This document shows, piece by piece, positions 8,258-17,672 of a stretch of DNA of 64,000 nt (positions are counted from its first letter, which is position 1; each line of letters opens with the position of its first letter). Source of the DNA: Myxococcales bacterium (GTDB lineage: Bacteria > Myxococcota_A > Polyangia > Polyangiales > Ga0077539); the NCBI GenBank assembly GCA_016793325.1, contig JAEUKI010000001.1, forward strand, positions 50,625 to 114,624, given 5' to 3'. Below the pieces are notes generated by a model. The model ran no database searches. It was not told the origin of the DNA and was given only the letters and a program-made list of their open reading frames with translations. Position numbers and translations under genes: made by a program.

Positions 8258-9253
8258 ATGGCGAACATCCTCGAGGACAACACGCGCGCGATCGGCAAGA
8301 CCCCGTTGGTTCGGATCAATCGACTGACGAAGGGCGCGCACGCGACGGTGCTCGCGAAGATCGAGGGGCGAAATCCTGCGTACAGCGTGAAGTGCCGCAT
8401 CGGCGCCGCGATGGTGTGGGACGCCGAGCAGTCTGGCGCGCTCAAGCCCGGGATGACCATCGTCGAGGCCACCAGCGGAAACACTGGGATCGCGCTGGCG
8501 TTCGCCGCCGCGGCGCGCGGCTACGAGTGCGTGCTCACGATGCCCGAGACCATGAGCATGGAGCGTCGCAAGGTGCTCGTCGCGCTCGGCGCGAAGCTGG
8601 TGCTCACCCCCGGATCGATGGGTATGAAGGGCGCGATCGCGAAGGCCGAAGAGCTCGCGAAGAACGAGCCGAGCAAGTACCTGCTGGCGAGGCAGTTCGA
8701 GAACCCGGCCAACCCACGAATTCATGAGCAGACGACGGGCCCCGAGATCTTCGAGGACACCGACGGCAAGGTCGACATCTTCGTCGCCGGCATCGGAACG
8801 GGCGGAACGATGACGGGCGTCTCTCGGTACCTGAAGCAGACCAAGAACCTCCCGCTCGTGTCCGTGGCGGTCGAGCCCGTGCACAGCCCGGTGATCTCGC
8901 AGACGATCGCGGGGCAGCCGGTGCAGCCGGCGCCGCACAAGATTCAGGGGATCGGGGCGGGGTTTGTTCCGAAGAACCTCGAGCTCGCCCTGGTCGATCG
9001 CGTCGAGCAAGTGTCCAACGACGAGGCCATCGCGATGGCCCGTCGCATCGCGAAGGAAGAGGGAATCCTCTGCGGAATCTCTTGTGGCGCGGCGATGGTC
9101 GCCGCCCTCCGGCTCGCCTTCGACGAAGCGAACAAGGGCAAGACCATCGTCGTCGTGCTCCCCGACTCGGGCGAGCGCTACCTCTCGGGCGCGCTCTTCG
9201 AGGGCATGTTCGCCGAGGTCGAGACGATGCAGGCGTCCCAGGTGAATCCATGA
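8258..9253 (+). CDS. cysK: Cysteine synthase A (O-acetylserine sulfhydrylase)
   Basis: [23 protein letters not shown]..., PLP-lysine motif [11 protein letters not shown], and [10 protein letters not shown]. Length is 331 aa, typical for CysK. Confidence 0.95.
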   Translation: MANILEDNTRAIGKTPLVRINRLTKGAHATVLAKIEGRNPAYSVKCRIGAAMVWDAEQSGALKPGMTIVEATSGNTGIALAFAAAARGYECVLTMPETMSMERRKVLVALGAKLVLTPGSMGMKGAIAKAEELAKNEPSKYLLARQFENPANPRIHEQTTGPEIFEDTDGKVDIFVAGIGTGGTMTGVSRYLKQTKNLPLVSVAVEPVHSPVISQTIAGQPVQPAPHKIQGIGAGFVPKNLELALVDRVEQVSNDEAIAMARRIAKEEGILCGISCGAAMVAALRLAFDEANKGKTIVVVLPDSGERYLSGALFEGMFAEVETMQASQVNP

Positions 9254-10182
9254 CAGACGCGGCGTTGCCTTCGCTCGTCGACGCGATGCTCGAGAGCTAT
9301 CGCGCAGACGAGCGTGGGCATCACATCAACAAGAAGTTTCTGCCGTCGCGCGACGAGATCATTCGTTGCGTCCAGCTCTTCTTGCAGCTCTTCTACCCCG
9401 GGTACTACGGGCGGCAGGACCTCACGGACGACAACGTTCGCTATCACGTCGGGTGCCTCTTGTCCGAGCTGCGCGGCGCGCTCGCGAAGCAGATCGAGCT
9501 CAGCTTGTGCCACCAAGCCGAGTCGTGTCGCGACTGCACCAACACGTGCGCGGGCGAGGCCAAGCGCGTGACGGACGCGTTGCTCACGAAGCTCCCCGAG
9601 ATTCGCGCGAACCTCTTGCGAGACGTTCAAGCGGCGTTCGACGGTGACCCCGCGGCGACGAGCCTCGACGAGGTGATCCTCGCGTACCCAGGCCTGCTCG
9701 CGGTGACCGTGTACCGCGTCGCGCACGAGCTCTACGTGATGCGCGTGCCGCTCATGCCGAGGATCATGAGCGAGTGGGCGCACACGAATACAGGTGCAGA
9801 TATTCATCCTGGCGCAGAGATCGGCGCGAGCTTCTTCATCGATCACGCGACGGGCATCGTCGTCGGCGAGACGAGCGTCCTCGGAGCGAACGTGAAGCTC
9901 TATCAGGGCGTCACGCTCGGGGCGATCTCGCACCCGAAGGACGAGCGCGGCCGTGTGATTCGCGGAACGAAGCGACACCCGACGGTGGAGCCGGGCGCGA
10001 CGCTGTACGCAAACGCGACGGTGCTCGGCGGGCAAACGGTGGTGGGCGAGGGGAGCGTGGTGGGCGGAGGTGTGTTCATGACGAAGAGCGTTCCGCCTGG
10101 GGCGCGGGTGGCGATGAAGCCGCCCGAGCTCTCGGTGCGCGGCGTCACCGAGGCGCCCCGCGACGTCGACTTCGAGATCTGA
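9250..10182 (+). CDS. cysE: Serine O-acetyltransferase
   Basis: The ATG overlaps the cysK stop (ATGA at 9250-9253). Left-handed beta-helix hexapeptide region: [43 protein letters not shown]. The upstream part of the track ORF (from 9082) is out-of-frame noise within cysK. Confidence 0.9.
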   Translation: MTDAALPSLVDAMLESYRADERGHHINKKFLPSRDEIIRCVQLFLQLFYPGYYGRQDLTDDNVRYHVGCLLSELRGALAKQIELSLCHQAESCRDCTNTCAGEAKRVTDALLTKLPEIRANLLRDVQAAFDGDPAATSLDEVILAYPGLLAVTVYRVAHELYVMRVPLMPRIMSEWAHTNTGADIHPGAEIGASFFIDHATGIVVGETSVLGANVKLYQGVTLGAISHPKDERGRVIRGTKRHPTVEPGATLYANATVLGGQTVVGEGSVVGGGVFMTKSVPPGARVAMKPPELSVRGVTEAPRDVDFEI

Positions 10183-10214
10183 GCGCGCGTTTTCTCGCGC
10201 CTCGCGACGCCCGA

Positions 10215-11507
10215 TCAGAAGATCAGCATCGATTGCAGGCGCACGGTGTGCTGGGCGTTCGTCGCGTCGCGCGGGTCGCGGTTGGTGTAGTCGATCGAGA
10301 CGTTGAGCGCTCCGTCGAGCGCGAGGTACGCGATCACGGCGGACACTTCGCGCGTCGCTGTGAAGGCGAACACGCCCATCTCATCGAACACTGGAAATGT
10401 CTGCGAGATTCTCGACCCGAGCGCGAGGTGGACTGGCGTGACGAACCCGAGCTGCGCGAGATAGCCCACGCCCGAGCGCGCGCGAATCACGTCGGCTTCG
10501 AATCCGGTCGGGTGCCACCGCGCGAGCGCTTCGAACTGCAGCGTGAGCCCTCGCCACTTGAAGAGCATGTCGAAGACCGCGCTGAAGCGATCGGTGCGCT
10601 GAGGGATCGTGCCTGCGCCGATCGCGGCGGGATCCGTGAGGAGCTGTCGATGGTTGAGCGCGCCGGCGATTCCCAGGGCGAGGCGCGGTCCTGTGCGCGC
10701 GAGGTCCCACTCGCTGTCGCTGTCGTCGAAGCGGCCCAGGGGATTGACGTTGAATCGCGCGACGTAGAGCAACCCGTAGTCCGCGTCGAGTCGATTGCGC
10801 CCTGCGCCGGCGAAGACTCCCAGCGCGTAGCCGAGGCGCCCCTGCGCGCCGAACAAGTCGTTGGAGAACGCCATCACGCCGATGTCGCGATCGAGGTTGA
10901 ACTCGTTTGTCGACAGCGGCCGCTCGATGAACATCTGCCGCATGATCGAGATCCATCGATTGCGGTTGAACGGGACGAAGAACTGCCCCGCGCGCAGCTG
11001 GAAGTTCGGCGACGGCGCCCACGTGACGAACGCGTCGAACAGCGGCGACTGAGCGCTGATGTCCAGCGGGGCAAATCCCAGGTGAAGTTGGTACGTGAGC
11101 GCGGGGCCGAGCAGCGCGCCCTGGAGGATCAGCCGCGCGCGCCGCACGGTGAAGCCGACCGTCGGCGGCGCTTGTACGGCGCCCGTGATCGGCAGCGCGA
11201 CGTCCACCGTCACGCGCGGCTGAACGAACGCGCGGATCGTGAGCGAGACGCGCTCGTCCGCGGTTCCGATGCTGAATCCCCGACCGACGCCGATCCGGAG
11301 CGTCGCGGTCCGCGGCCGCGAAGCGCCCCCCGCCGCGCCTGTGGAGTCACTCGCGCTCGCTGCGGAGGGAGCGCCGTTCGCGCCGACGGTCGCGCGGGGG
11401 GCGTCGTCGAGCGACGATTGGGCGCGGGCCCCGCGCGGAGCGAGGGCGAGGGTCAACGCGCCGAGGGCGCCTGGGAGAATCGTTCGGCGGTGGGTGTAGC
11501 TCTGCAT
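10215..11507 (-). CDS. Outer-membrane beta-barrel porin (OprO/P-like)
   Basis: Start MQSYTHRRTILPGALGALTLALAPRGARAQ (signal peptide). Alternating amphipathic strands run throughout. The C-terminus ...VRLQSMLIF ends in the aromatic residue typical of outer-membrane beta-barrels. Confidence 0.6.
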   Translation of the reverse strand: MQSYTHRRTILPGALGALTLALAPRGARAQSSLDDAPRATVGANGAPSAASASDSTGAAGGASRPRTATLRIGVGRGFSIGTADERVSLTIRAFVQPRVTVDVALPITGAVQAPPTVGFTVRRARLILQGALLGPALTYQLHLGFAPLDISAQSPLFDAFVTWAPSPNFQLRAGQFFVPFNRNRWISIMRQMFIERPLSTNEFNLDRDIGVMAFSNDLFGAQGRLGYALGVFAGAGRNRLDADYGLLYVARFNVNPLGRFDDSDSEWDLARTGPRLALGIAGALNHRQLLTDPAAIGAGTIPQRTDRFSAVFDMLFKWRGLTLQFEALARWHPTGFEADVIRARSGVGYLAQLGFVTPVHLALGSRISQTFPVFDEMGVFAFTATREVSAVIAYLALDGALNVSIDYTNRDPRDATNAQHTVRLQSMLIF

Positions 11508-11598
11508 AGGGTGAAGCAACGCGCGGGCGGTTGTACCGCCGCGACGGGTGCGCCGTCCTTCGCAGTCACGCCCCGCAAAATCCGCGGCCACGAAATCA

Positions 11599-12090
11599 AT
11601 GCGCAGCGAACTTCTGTCCCTGATCGAGTCGCTCTCGGGAGTCCAGCAGTCCCCGACGTTTCATCCCGAAGGGGATGCGATGTTTCACACGTTGCAGGTC
11701 TTCGAGCGCGCCCTCGAAGACACCCGCGACCCGCGCCTGCTCGCCGCGGCCCTCTTGCACGACGTCGGAAAGGCCATCGACGGACCCACGCACGACGTCG
11801 AGGGCGCGTCGCTCCTCGAGGGGCTCGTTCGGGCGGACGTCGTGTGGCTCGTCGAGCACCACCTCGACCTCTTGCGCGAGCCCGGCCGCGCGCGTCGTCG
11901 CTTCGCAGGCGACGAGCGCCTCGCTCTGCTACAACGATTGAGACGCTACGATCTGGCGGGCCGAGACCCCGCCGCCCGCGTCCGCGACCCCGCGTGGGCC
12001 GTGGACACCCTTCTCGAAGAAGCGCTGCGCCAAGGGCGCGGCGAAAACATGCTCGAAGCTCGAGACACCCAGAAAGGAGGCCATGCGTGA
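11599..12090 (+). CDS. HD-domain phosphohydrolase
   Basis: MRSELLSLIESLSGVQQSPTFHPEGDAMFHTLQV...ALLHDVGKAID shows the H...HD metal-binding signature. 163 aa. Confidence 0.8.
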   Translation: MRSELLSLIESLSGVQQSPTFHPEGDAMFHTLQVFERALEDTRDPRLLAAALLHDVGKAIDGPTHDVEGASLLEGLVRADVVWLVEHHLDLLREPGRARRRFAGDERLALLQRLRRYDLAGRDPAARVRDPAWAVDTLLEEALRQGRGENMLEARDTQKGGHA

Positions 12091-12418
12091 AGATCGATCA
12101 CATTGGTTCGGCGAGGCGCTCGACGACGACGACAACCACGATCGCGACGAAGCGGCCTCCGGAGACCGCGCGCCGCTGACGGTGTGCGGCGCGAGCCGCG
12201 AGCGCGTTCGAGAGGCGGTTCGCAGCGCGCTGACGCCGCGACAGCGGCAGACGGTCGAGCTGCATTTCTTCGAAGGGCTGTCGCAGTCCGAGATCGCGCG
12301 GCGATTGGGCATCACGCAGCAGGTCGTCCACAAGAGCATCTACGGCGTCGAGCGTCGCGGAAAGCGCATCGGCGGCGCGCTCGCCAAGCTCCGCCGCGCG
12401 CTCGCGCAAGGGGTGTAA
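12083..12418 (+). CDS. Sigma-70 region-4-type HTH protein (stand-alone)
   Basis: LTPRQRQTVELHFFEGLSQSEIARRLGITQQVVHKSIYGVERR is a sigma-70 region 4.2 / LuxR-like HTH. No region 2 is present. The ATG overlaps the HD gene stop by 8 nt. Confidence 0.65.
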   Translation: MREDRSHWFGEALDDDDNHDRDEAASGDRAPLTVCGASRERVREAVRSALTPRQRQTVELHFFEGLSQSEIARRLGITQQVVHKSIYGVERRGKRIGGALAKLRRALAQGV

Positions 12419-12424
12419 ACAGCC

Positions 12425-13303
12425 ATGGGAATCGATCGCTTTGGAGGCGTTCGCGCGGCGGTTTGCGCCGAGGCCGCGCGGGTCATGTACGAAGAGGGCG
12501 TCAAGCAGTACTTCACGGCCAAGCGCATCGCGGCCAAGCGCGTGCTCGGCCGACAACGCGCGAAAGAAGCCCGATTTCGCCCGTCGGAGCTGCCTTCGAA
12601 CGGCGAGATCCGCGACGCGCTCTTGGCGATGGCCGAGCTCGCCGAGGGGCCCTCCCGAAGGCGCGTTCTGTTCGCGATGCGCGTCGTCGCGATGGAGGCG
12701 ATGGAGGCGATGAGCGCGTTCGAGCCGAGGCTCATCGGCTCGGTCTCGACGGGGCACATCCGTCGCGGGAGCGACATCGACGTGCAGCTCTTCACGGACG
12801 ACCCCGACGGGCCCGAGCTCTGCGCGAAGGCGCTCGGCTGGCCGTTCGAGACCGAGCGGGTGTGCATCCGGAAGGGCGGCGAGTTTCGCGAGTACACACA
12901 CATTCATGTCGCAAGAGCATTTGCCATCGAATTTACGGTCTACCCCCGGCGCGACCTACGCGAGCGGCCCCGCTCGTCCACCGACGGAAAGCCCATCGAA
13001 CGAAAGACCCTCGCCAGCGTCCGCGCGATCCTCGAGCGCGAGCACGGAGAAGAGTGGGCCACCTACCAAGTGGTAGGTACACTTCCAGAGTGGTCGTGGG
13101 ACGAGGACGACGACGAGCCTCCTGGGCCGTACGACGGGCTCATCGCCGAGTGGGACGACCTGGGAGATCCCGAGGATTTCGTGGCGAGCGAAGAAGAGCG
13201 CGCGATGCTCGAGGGCGACGGGGACGACGAGGCGTACGAGCCGCTCCCGGGGTTCGAGTCGTGGTCGCGTCGTGAAGCAACGATGGAGACGAGCGAAGAT
13301 TGA
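12425..13303 (+). CDS. Nucleotidyltransferase (Pol-beta superfamily) domain protein with an acidic tail
   Basis: Motif LIGSVSTGHIRRGSDIDVQLF matches GS-x9-11-(D/E)xD. The C-terminus is Asp/Glu-rich (WSWDEDDDEPPGPYDG...EGDGDDEAYEP). Confidence 0.75.
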   Translation: MGIDRFGGVRAAVCAEAARVMYEEGVKQYFTAKRIAAKRVLGRQRAKEARFRPSELPSNGEIRDALLAMAELAEGPSRRRVLFAMRVVAMEAMEAMSAFEPRLIGSVSTGHIRRGSDIDVQLFTDDPDGPELCAKALGWPFETERVCIRKGGEFREYTHIHVARAFAIEFTVYPRRDLRERPRSSTDGKPIERKTLASVRAILEREHGEEWATYQVVGTLPEWSWDEDDDEPPGPYDGLIAEWDDLGDPEDFVASEEERAMLEGDGDDEAYEPLPGFESWSRREATMETSED

Positions 13304-13353
13304 TGACGCACAGCGGCAAGGCTTGGGCTACCGTTCGTCAACAGGACAACGCC

Positions 13354-13686
13354 ATGACTCACCTCCGTCGTGCCACTCTTCTGTTCGTCGCGCTCTTGCT
13401 GGGAGCTTGCGCGCCCGATCCTTGCGCGAAGCGCTGCGCGAACGACCCCGAGCCGGACAACGTCACCGTCACGCGCTGCCGCGACACGCAGTCGCGGATC
13501 AACACGGCGACGGGGCCGTGCGCGACCGAGATCCGCGCCGCGAGGGACTGCATCAACGTGAACACCGTCTGCAACTCGGGCGGTCGTAGCGAGTACGTCG
13601 CGGGCACCTGTGATCGACAGAACAGCGCCGTGGTCGAGTGCTGTTTGCGCAACATCGGACAGGCGCCCGCGTGCGCGCTGCGCTGA
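13354..13686 (+). CDS. Small Cys-rich lipoprotein
   Basis: MTHLRRATLLFVALLLGAC (lipobox), with Cys residues scattered through the ~90-aa mature part. GC3 is high in this frame. Confidence 0.6.
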   Translation: MTHLRRATLLFVALLLGACAPDPCAKRCANDPEPDNVTVTRCRDTQSRINTATGPCATEIRAARDCINVNTVCNSGGRSEYVAGTCDRQNSAVVECCLRNIGQAPACALR

Positions 13687-13693
13687 GTCGCCG

Positions 13694-14515
13694 ATGCCGA
13701 TCGCGAAGTCGACCGACGGGCTCGGCGTCCATTACCGAGTGGTAGGCGAGCGCGGGCCGTGGCTCGTGTTCGTGCAAGGGCTGAGCTTGAGCGGGCGGTT
13801 CTGGTTCGACACGCCCGATCGGATGGCCGAGCGCTTCGGCGCGCGCGCGATCGTGCTCGACAACCGAGGGACCGGACGAAGCGAGCGGCCGCCAGGGCCG
13901 TTTTCGATGGGCCAAATGGCGGACGACGTCCGCGCCGTGCTCGACGACGCCGGGTGCGATCGCGCCACGGTCGTCGGGATCTCCATGGGGGGGATGATCT
14001 CGCAGCACGTCGCGATTCGACACGCGCCCAAGGTCGAAGGGCTCGTGCTCCTCGCGACGACCGCTGGCTTACCGCTCGGTAGGTTGCCGGGGCCAACGGC
14101 CCTTCAGCTGCTCGCGAGGATTCCGTTTACGAAGGGGCGCAAGGGCGGCGAGCTCGCGGCGCGCTTGCTGTTGCCTCCGTCCAAGCAGTCGCGCTTCGAG
14201 GAGTTCTTCTCGCGTTGGCCCGAGGCGTTTGCGCAGGACCCGCAGGACCCTCGGACGTTCTACCTGCAGCTCGGAGCTATCTCGTTGCACTCGACGGGGG
14301 CGAAGCTCGGGGCGATCGCGGCGCCGACGGTCGTGATGGCCGGGCGCGAGGACATCCTCGTTCCCCCGGTGAATTCGCAGCGGATCGCGGCGAAGATCCC
14401 CGGGGCAGAGCTCGAGTTGATCGCCGACGTGGGCCACGCGATCCCGGCGGAGGACCCCATGGCGATCGAGCGCGCGATCGGCCGCGTGTGGGCGCGGCTC
14501 GGCAGAGTGCAGTAG
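13694..14515 (+). CDS. Alpha/beta hydrolase
   Basis: Begins MPIAKSTDGLGVHYRVVGERGPWLVFVQGL, has the nucleophile elbow VVGISMGGMIS (GxSxG), and a late His (DVGHAIPAE). Confidence 0.85.
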   Translation: MPIAKSTDGLGVHYRVVGERGPWLVFVQGLSLSGRFWFDTPDRMAERFGARAIVLDNRGTGRSERPPGPFSMGQMADDVRAVLDDAGCDRATVVGISMGGMISQHVAIRHAPKVEGLVLLATTAGLPLGRLPGPTALQLLARIPFTKGRKGGELAARLLLPPSKQSRFEEFFSRWPEAFAQDPQDPRTFYLQLGAISLHSTGAKLGAIAAPTVVMAGREDILVPPVNSQRIAAKIPGAELELIADVGHAIPAEDPMAIERAIGRVWARLGRVQ

Positions 14516-14527
14516 CCTCTGTCGACG

Positions 14528-16120
14528 ATGTCGTTTTGGCCGTTTCGTTCGAAGACGCAGTGGTCGAAGCAGAGCGAGCGATCGTGCACGTTCGGCGTGG
14601 ACTCGGTCTCGCCCAACCTCGATCGCATCGCGCTCGATGACCCGCGCGCGCGATGGAAGTCTCGCGGGCTCGACGCGCTCGAGGCGCTCGACAAAGACGA
14701 CGTCCCGTACGTCGTCAGCGAGCCTTTGCACGGGCTGATCGCCGCGGTGCACCTCGCGTACGACGAGCACCGGCCGCTGGTGCTCACGCCGGACGACGCG
14801 CTCTTGTGCATGCTCCAAGCGCTCGGGCGCGTGATCGAAGAGAGCCCCGAGAAGCACCGCTCGATGTTCGTTTCGCACGAAGGAAAGCAGGTCGTTCGCG
14901 TGCAGCGCGACGAGTTCGTCCCGGGCTCGCCGGACAACGATTGGGCCGGCACCGTCACCGAGCTGTCGTCGCTCGTCCGCAAAGAGCTCTCGGACGAAGG
15001 GCGCGCGATCGTGTCGGGCACGGGACGCTCGGAGACCGCGACCGTGGCGTGCGACATCACGATGCTCGGCGCGATGCAGAACTACTTCGAGCTCGAAGTG
15101 CACACGATGTGCGGAATTCCTTCGATCACGCTCGAAGGCACCGCGCGCGAGTGGCAGGCGCTCGTCGCGCGCGCCAAAGACTTCGAGCGCTTCGGGCTTC
15201 GCGACTGGAGCCGCTCGCTCACGAAGGTGCTCGAGCGCTTCGTCGCCGCGGCGACGGGCGACGTGGACGTGAAGTTCTGGCGCGAGATCTACAAGCGCGA
15301 GGACGCCTCGGGAGGGCCGCACGTCTCGGGGTGGATCCACGCGTTCTTTCCATTTCTCGGCGATCGCGGGACGAGCCAGCAAAACCGCCTCGCGCACTAC
15401 GGCGCGCACTGGCCGTCGACCCCGCTCGAGGCCATTGGCCTAGCGTCTCTCCCGCCGGGGCTCGCGAGCGCGCCGTTCGTGTGGCAGGTGCTGAACGAGC
15501 GCGTGCCCATGTCGTTCGTCGCTGGATTTACAGGGGTCACGCAGGATCCCACGGGCGCCGTCCGCGCGCGGATCGGGTGGGCGATCGCGCCGCGCGTCGA
15601 GCGTCGTCGCTTCTCGGTGCAGCGCAACGACGTGCCCGGCGGTGTTCCGACGTTGTACCCGCGGCCCGGCGAGCGCTTCATGGATTGCCAGGGCGTCGCG
15701 GACGAGGCAAAGGGCTTCGAGCGCTGGGGCGTGGAGTTTCCCTTCGCAGGGACGCTCGTCACGCTCGACGGTCTGCAATCGAGCGCCGGCCTCGTATCCA
15801 TCGGGACGCTCTCGACGAACATCCCGACGCTCGCGCCGCTCGAAGGGCACCCGACGCTCGAGCGGCTCTGGATCCATCAAGACAGCTCGCTCGTCGACGT
15901 CCGCGCCGTGGCGAGCCTCCCTGCGCTGAAGCAGCTCGCGTTCAACCACTGCGACAAGCTCGTGGACTTCTCGCCGCTGCTCGCGCTCGAGTCGCACCCA
16001 CACATTCAAGAGCTCATCCTCCACGGCAAGACGGTCCCTCGGGAGTGCATCGGCGTTCACAAGGGGCGCGACGCGGTGATGGCCGTGCTCGCGAAGCTCC
16101 GAGCGTCGCGATCGAGCTGA
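14528..16120 (+). CDS. DUF4419-family protein with a C-terminal leucine-rich-repeat-like extension
   Basis: HRPLVLTPDDALLCMLQAL, MLGAMQNYFELEVHTMCGIPSITLEGTAREW and GGPHVSGWIHAFFPF match my recollection of DUF4419. The last ~130 aa carry LRR-like units (LERLWIHQDSSLVDVRAVASLPALKQLAFNHCDKLVDFSPL). Confidence 0.65.
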   Translation: MSFWPFRSKTQWSKQSERSCTFGVDSVSPNLDRIALDDPRARWKSRGLDALEALDKDDVPYVVSEPLHGLIAAVHLAYDEHRPLVLTPDDALLCMLQALGRVIEESPEKHRSMFVSHEGKQVVRVQRDEFVPGSPDNDWAGTVTELSSLVRKELSDEGRAIVSGTGRSETATVACDITMLGAMQNYFELEVHTMCGIPSITLEGTAREWQALVARAKDFERFGLRDWSRSLTKVLERFVAAATGDVDVKFWREIYKREDASGGPHVSGWIHAFFPFLGDRGTSQQNRLAHYGAHWPSTPLEAIGLASLPPGLASAPFVWQVLNERVPMSFVAGFTGVTQDPTGAVRARIGWAIAPRVERRRFSVQRNDVPGGVPTLYPRPGERFMDCQGVADEAKGFERWGVEFPFAGTLVTLDGLQSSAGLVSIGTLSTNIPTLAPLEGHPTLERLWIHQDSSLVDVRAVASLPALKQLAFNHCDKLVDFSPLLALESHPHIQELILHGKTVPRECIGVHKGRDAVMAVLAKLRASRSS

Positions 16121-16193
16121 GAGGGTGGAGGGGGACGCGGATTTTCTCGGAATCTTTGCTGCCCCCATCGGCGTTGCGATAAGCACTGCCACC

Positions 16194-17672
16194 GTGGATC
16201 GACGAAACGTGCTCGCGCTGCTCGGACTCGCGGCGACGGGACTCGCGCGATGCAGTCGTCCTCCCCTCGAAGACCCATCGTCGACGACGCGCGATCGCGC
16301 TCGGCTCGACGTCGACAGCGGTCGAGAGGACGCTGGCGTCACCCAAGAGCGCCGCGTCGATGTGGTGGTCGTCGGCGCGGGTGTCGCGGGGCTGCGCGCG
16401 GCCGAGGTGCTCGTTCGCGCAGGGGTCTCGGTGCTCGTCGTCGAGGCGCGCGATCGGCTCGGCGGCCGCGTGCACAGCGCCCGCGCGTTGGGGACGACGA
16501 TCGAGCTCGGCGCCGATTGGCTCTTCGACACAGGTTTTCATCCGTTGGCTGCGCGCGCTCGGGCCTGGGGCATCGACGTGCGCCCGAGCGACGGGTCGTA
16601 TCGACTGCTGACGCGCGACGGTCGACACGTGAGCACCACGCGAGAGCGACGGTGGCGCGAGGCCCTGGTCGAACACATCCAGCGCGGTCGCGCGGCGGGC
16701 GCCGAAGGGGCTGACCGATCGGTAGGCGAGCTCGTCCGCGAGCTCGTGGCGCGGCGCACCGAGCGCGAAGCCGATCGCGAAGGGATCGCGTGGGCGGCGA
16801 CCGCGGAGATCGAACGTCGCTACGGAGCCTCGATCGACGAGCTCTCGCTGCTTCACTTCGACGACGCTCCCGCGCCGCGCGGCGTGGACGGTCGCGTGCT
16901 CGACGGGCTCTCGCGGCTGATCGATCGGCTCGCGTCGGGGATCGAGGTCGAGCGGTCGTTCGCGGTCGCGCGGATCGAGCACGGGCCGCAGGGCGTTCGC
17001 ATCGAGGGGTCGCGAGGGGCGGTGCGGGCGAAGGCCGCGGTCGTGACCGTCCCGGTGGGCGTCTTGTCGAGCGGCGCTGTGACGTTCGCGCCGGGCTTAC
17101 CAGACGGGAAGCGCGCGGCGCTCTCGCGCTTGAAAAGTGGTGCGGTGGCGAAGGTCTTCGCGAAGTTTCCGAGCGCCTTTTGGGAGCCGCGCGAAGAGTG
17201 GATCGGACGCGTGCTCCCGCTCGACGAGCGCGGGCGCTGGGTCGAGCTCGTCGACCTCGCGCGCTACGGAGGCGCGCCGATTTTGTGCGCCGTGCTCCGC
17301 GGCCCCAACGCGATCGAGGTCGAGCGCATGGCCGAGCGCGCCGCGCAGGGCGAGCTCGAGCGCGTGGTGCGAGCGCTGTTTCCGGGGGTGTACGTCGCGC
17401 CCGAAGCGATCGCGCGCACGTCGTGGTCGACGGACCTGTACGCGCTCGGGACGCACTCGTGCCTCGGGCCTGGCGCGACGCTCGCGGATCGCGACGCGCT
17501 CGCGGCCCCTGTGGGAAGCGCGCTCTTCTTCGCGGGAGAAGCGACGGATCGCGCGCACGCGGCCTCGCTCCGCGGCGCGTACGCGAGCGGCGAGCGGGCC
17601 GCAGGGGAGGTGCTCTCTGCGCTCGGGCTCGTCGGAGACGCAGGCGCTCAGAGCGCCGCGAGCACGTCGTAG
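16194..17672 (+). CDS. Flavin-containing amine oxidase family protein with a Tat-like signal
   Basis: GTG start gives VDRRNVLALLGLAATGLA (twin-Arg). Dinucleotide-binding motif VVVVGAGVAGLRAAEVLVRAGVSVLVVEARDRLGGRV. C-terminal FFAGEAT motif typical of amine oxidases. Confidence 0.85.
   Translation: MDRRNVLALLGLAATGLARCSRPPLEDPSSTTRDRARLDVDSGREDAGVTQERRVDVVVVGAGVAGLRAAEVLVRAGVSVLVVEARDRLGGRVHSARALGTTIELGADWLFDTGFHPLAARARAWGIDVRPSDGSYRLLTRDGRHVSTTRERRWREALVEHIQRGRAAGAEGADRSVGELVRELVARRTEREADREGIAWAATAEIERRYGASIDELSLLHFDDAPAPRGVDGRVLDGLSRLIDRLASGIEVERSFAVARIEHGPQGVRIEGSRGAVRAKAAVVTVPVGVLSSGAVTFAPGLPDGKRAALSRLKSGAVAKVFAKFPSAFWEPREEWIGRVLPLDERGRWVELVDLARYGGAPILCAVLRGPNAIEVERMAERAAQGELERVVRALFPGVYVAPEAIARTSWSTDLYALGTHSCLGPGATLADRDALAAPVGSALFFAGEATDRAHAASLRGAYASGERAAGEVLSALGLVGDAGAQSAASTS

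Noticed and set aside
10183-10214. A small GC hairpin with a T-run (gcgcgttttctcgcgc) between cysE and the porin gene, as a possible bidirectional terminator.
   Set aside because: The stem is only about 5 bp and the T-run sits in the loop rather than after the stem. The support is too weak.
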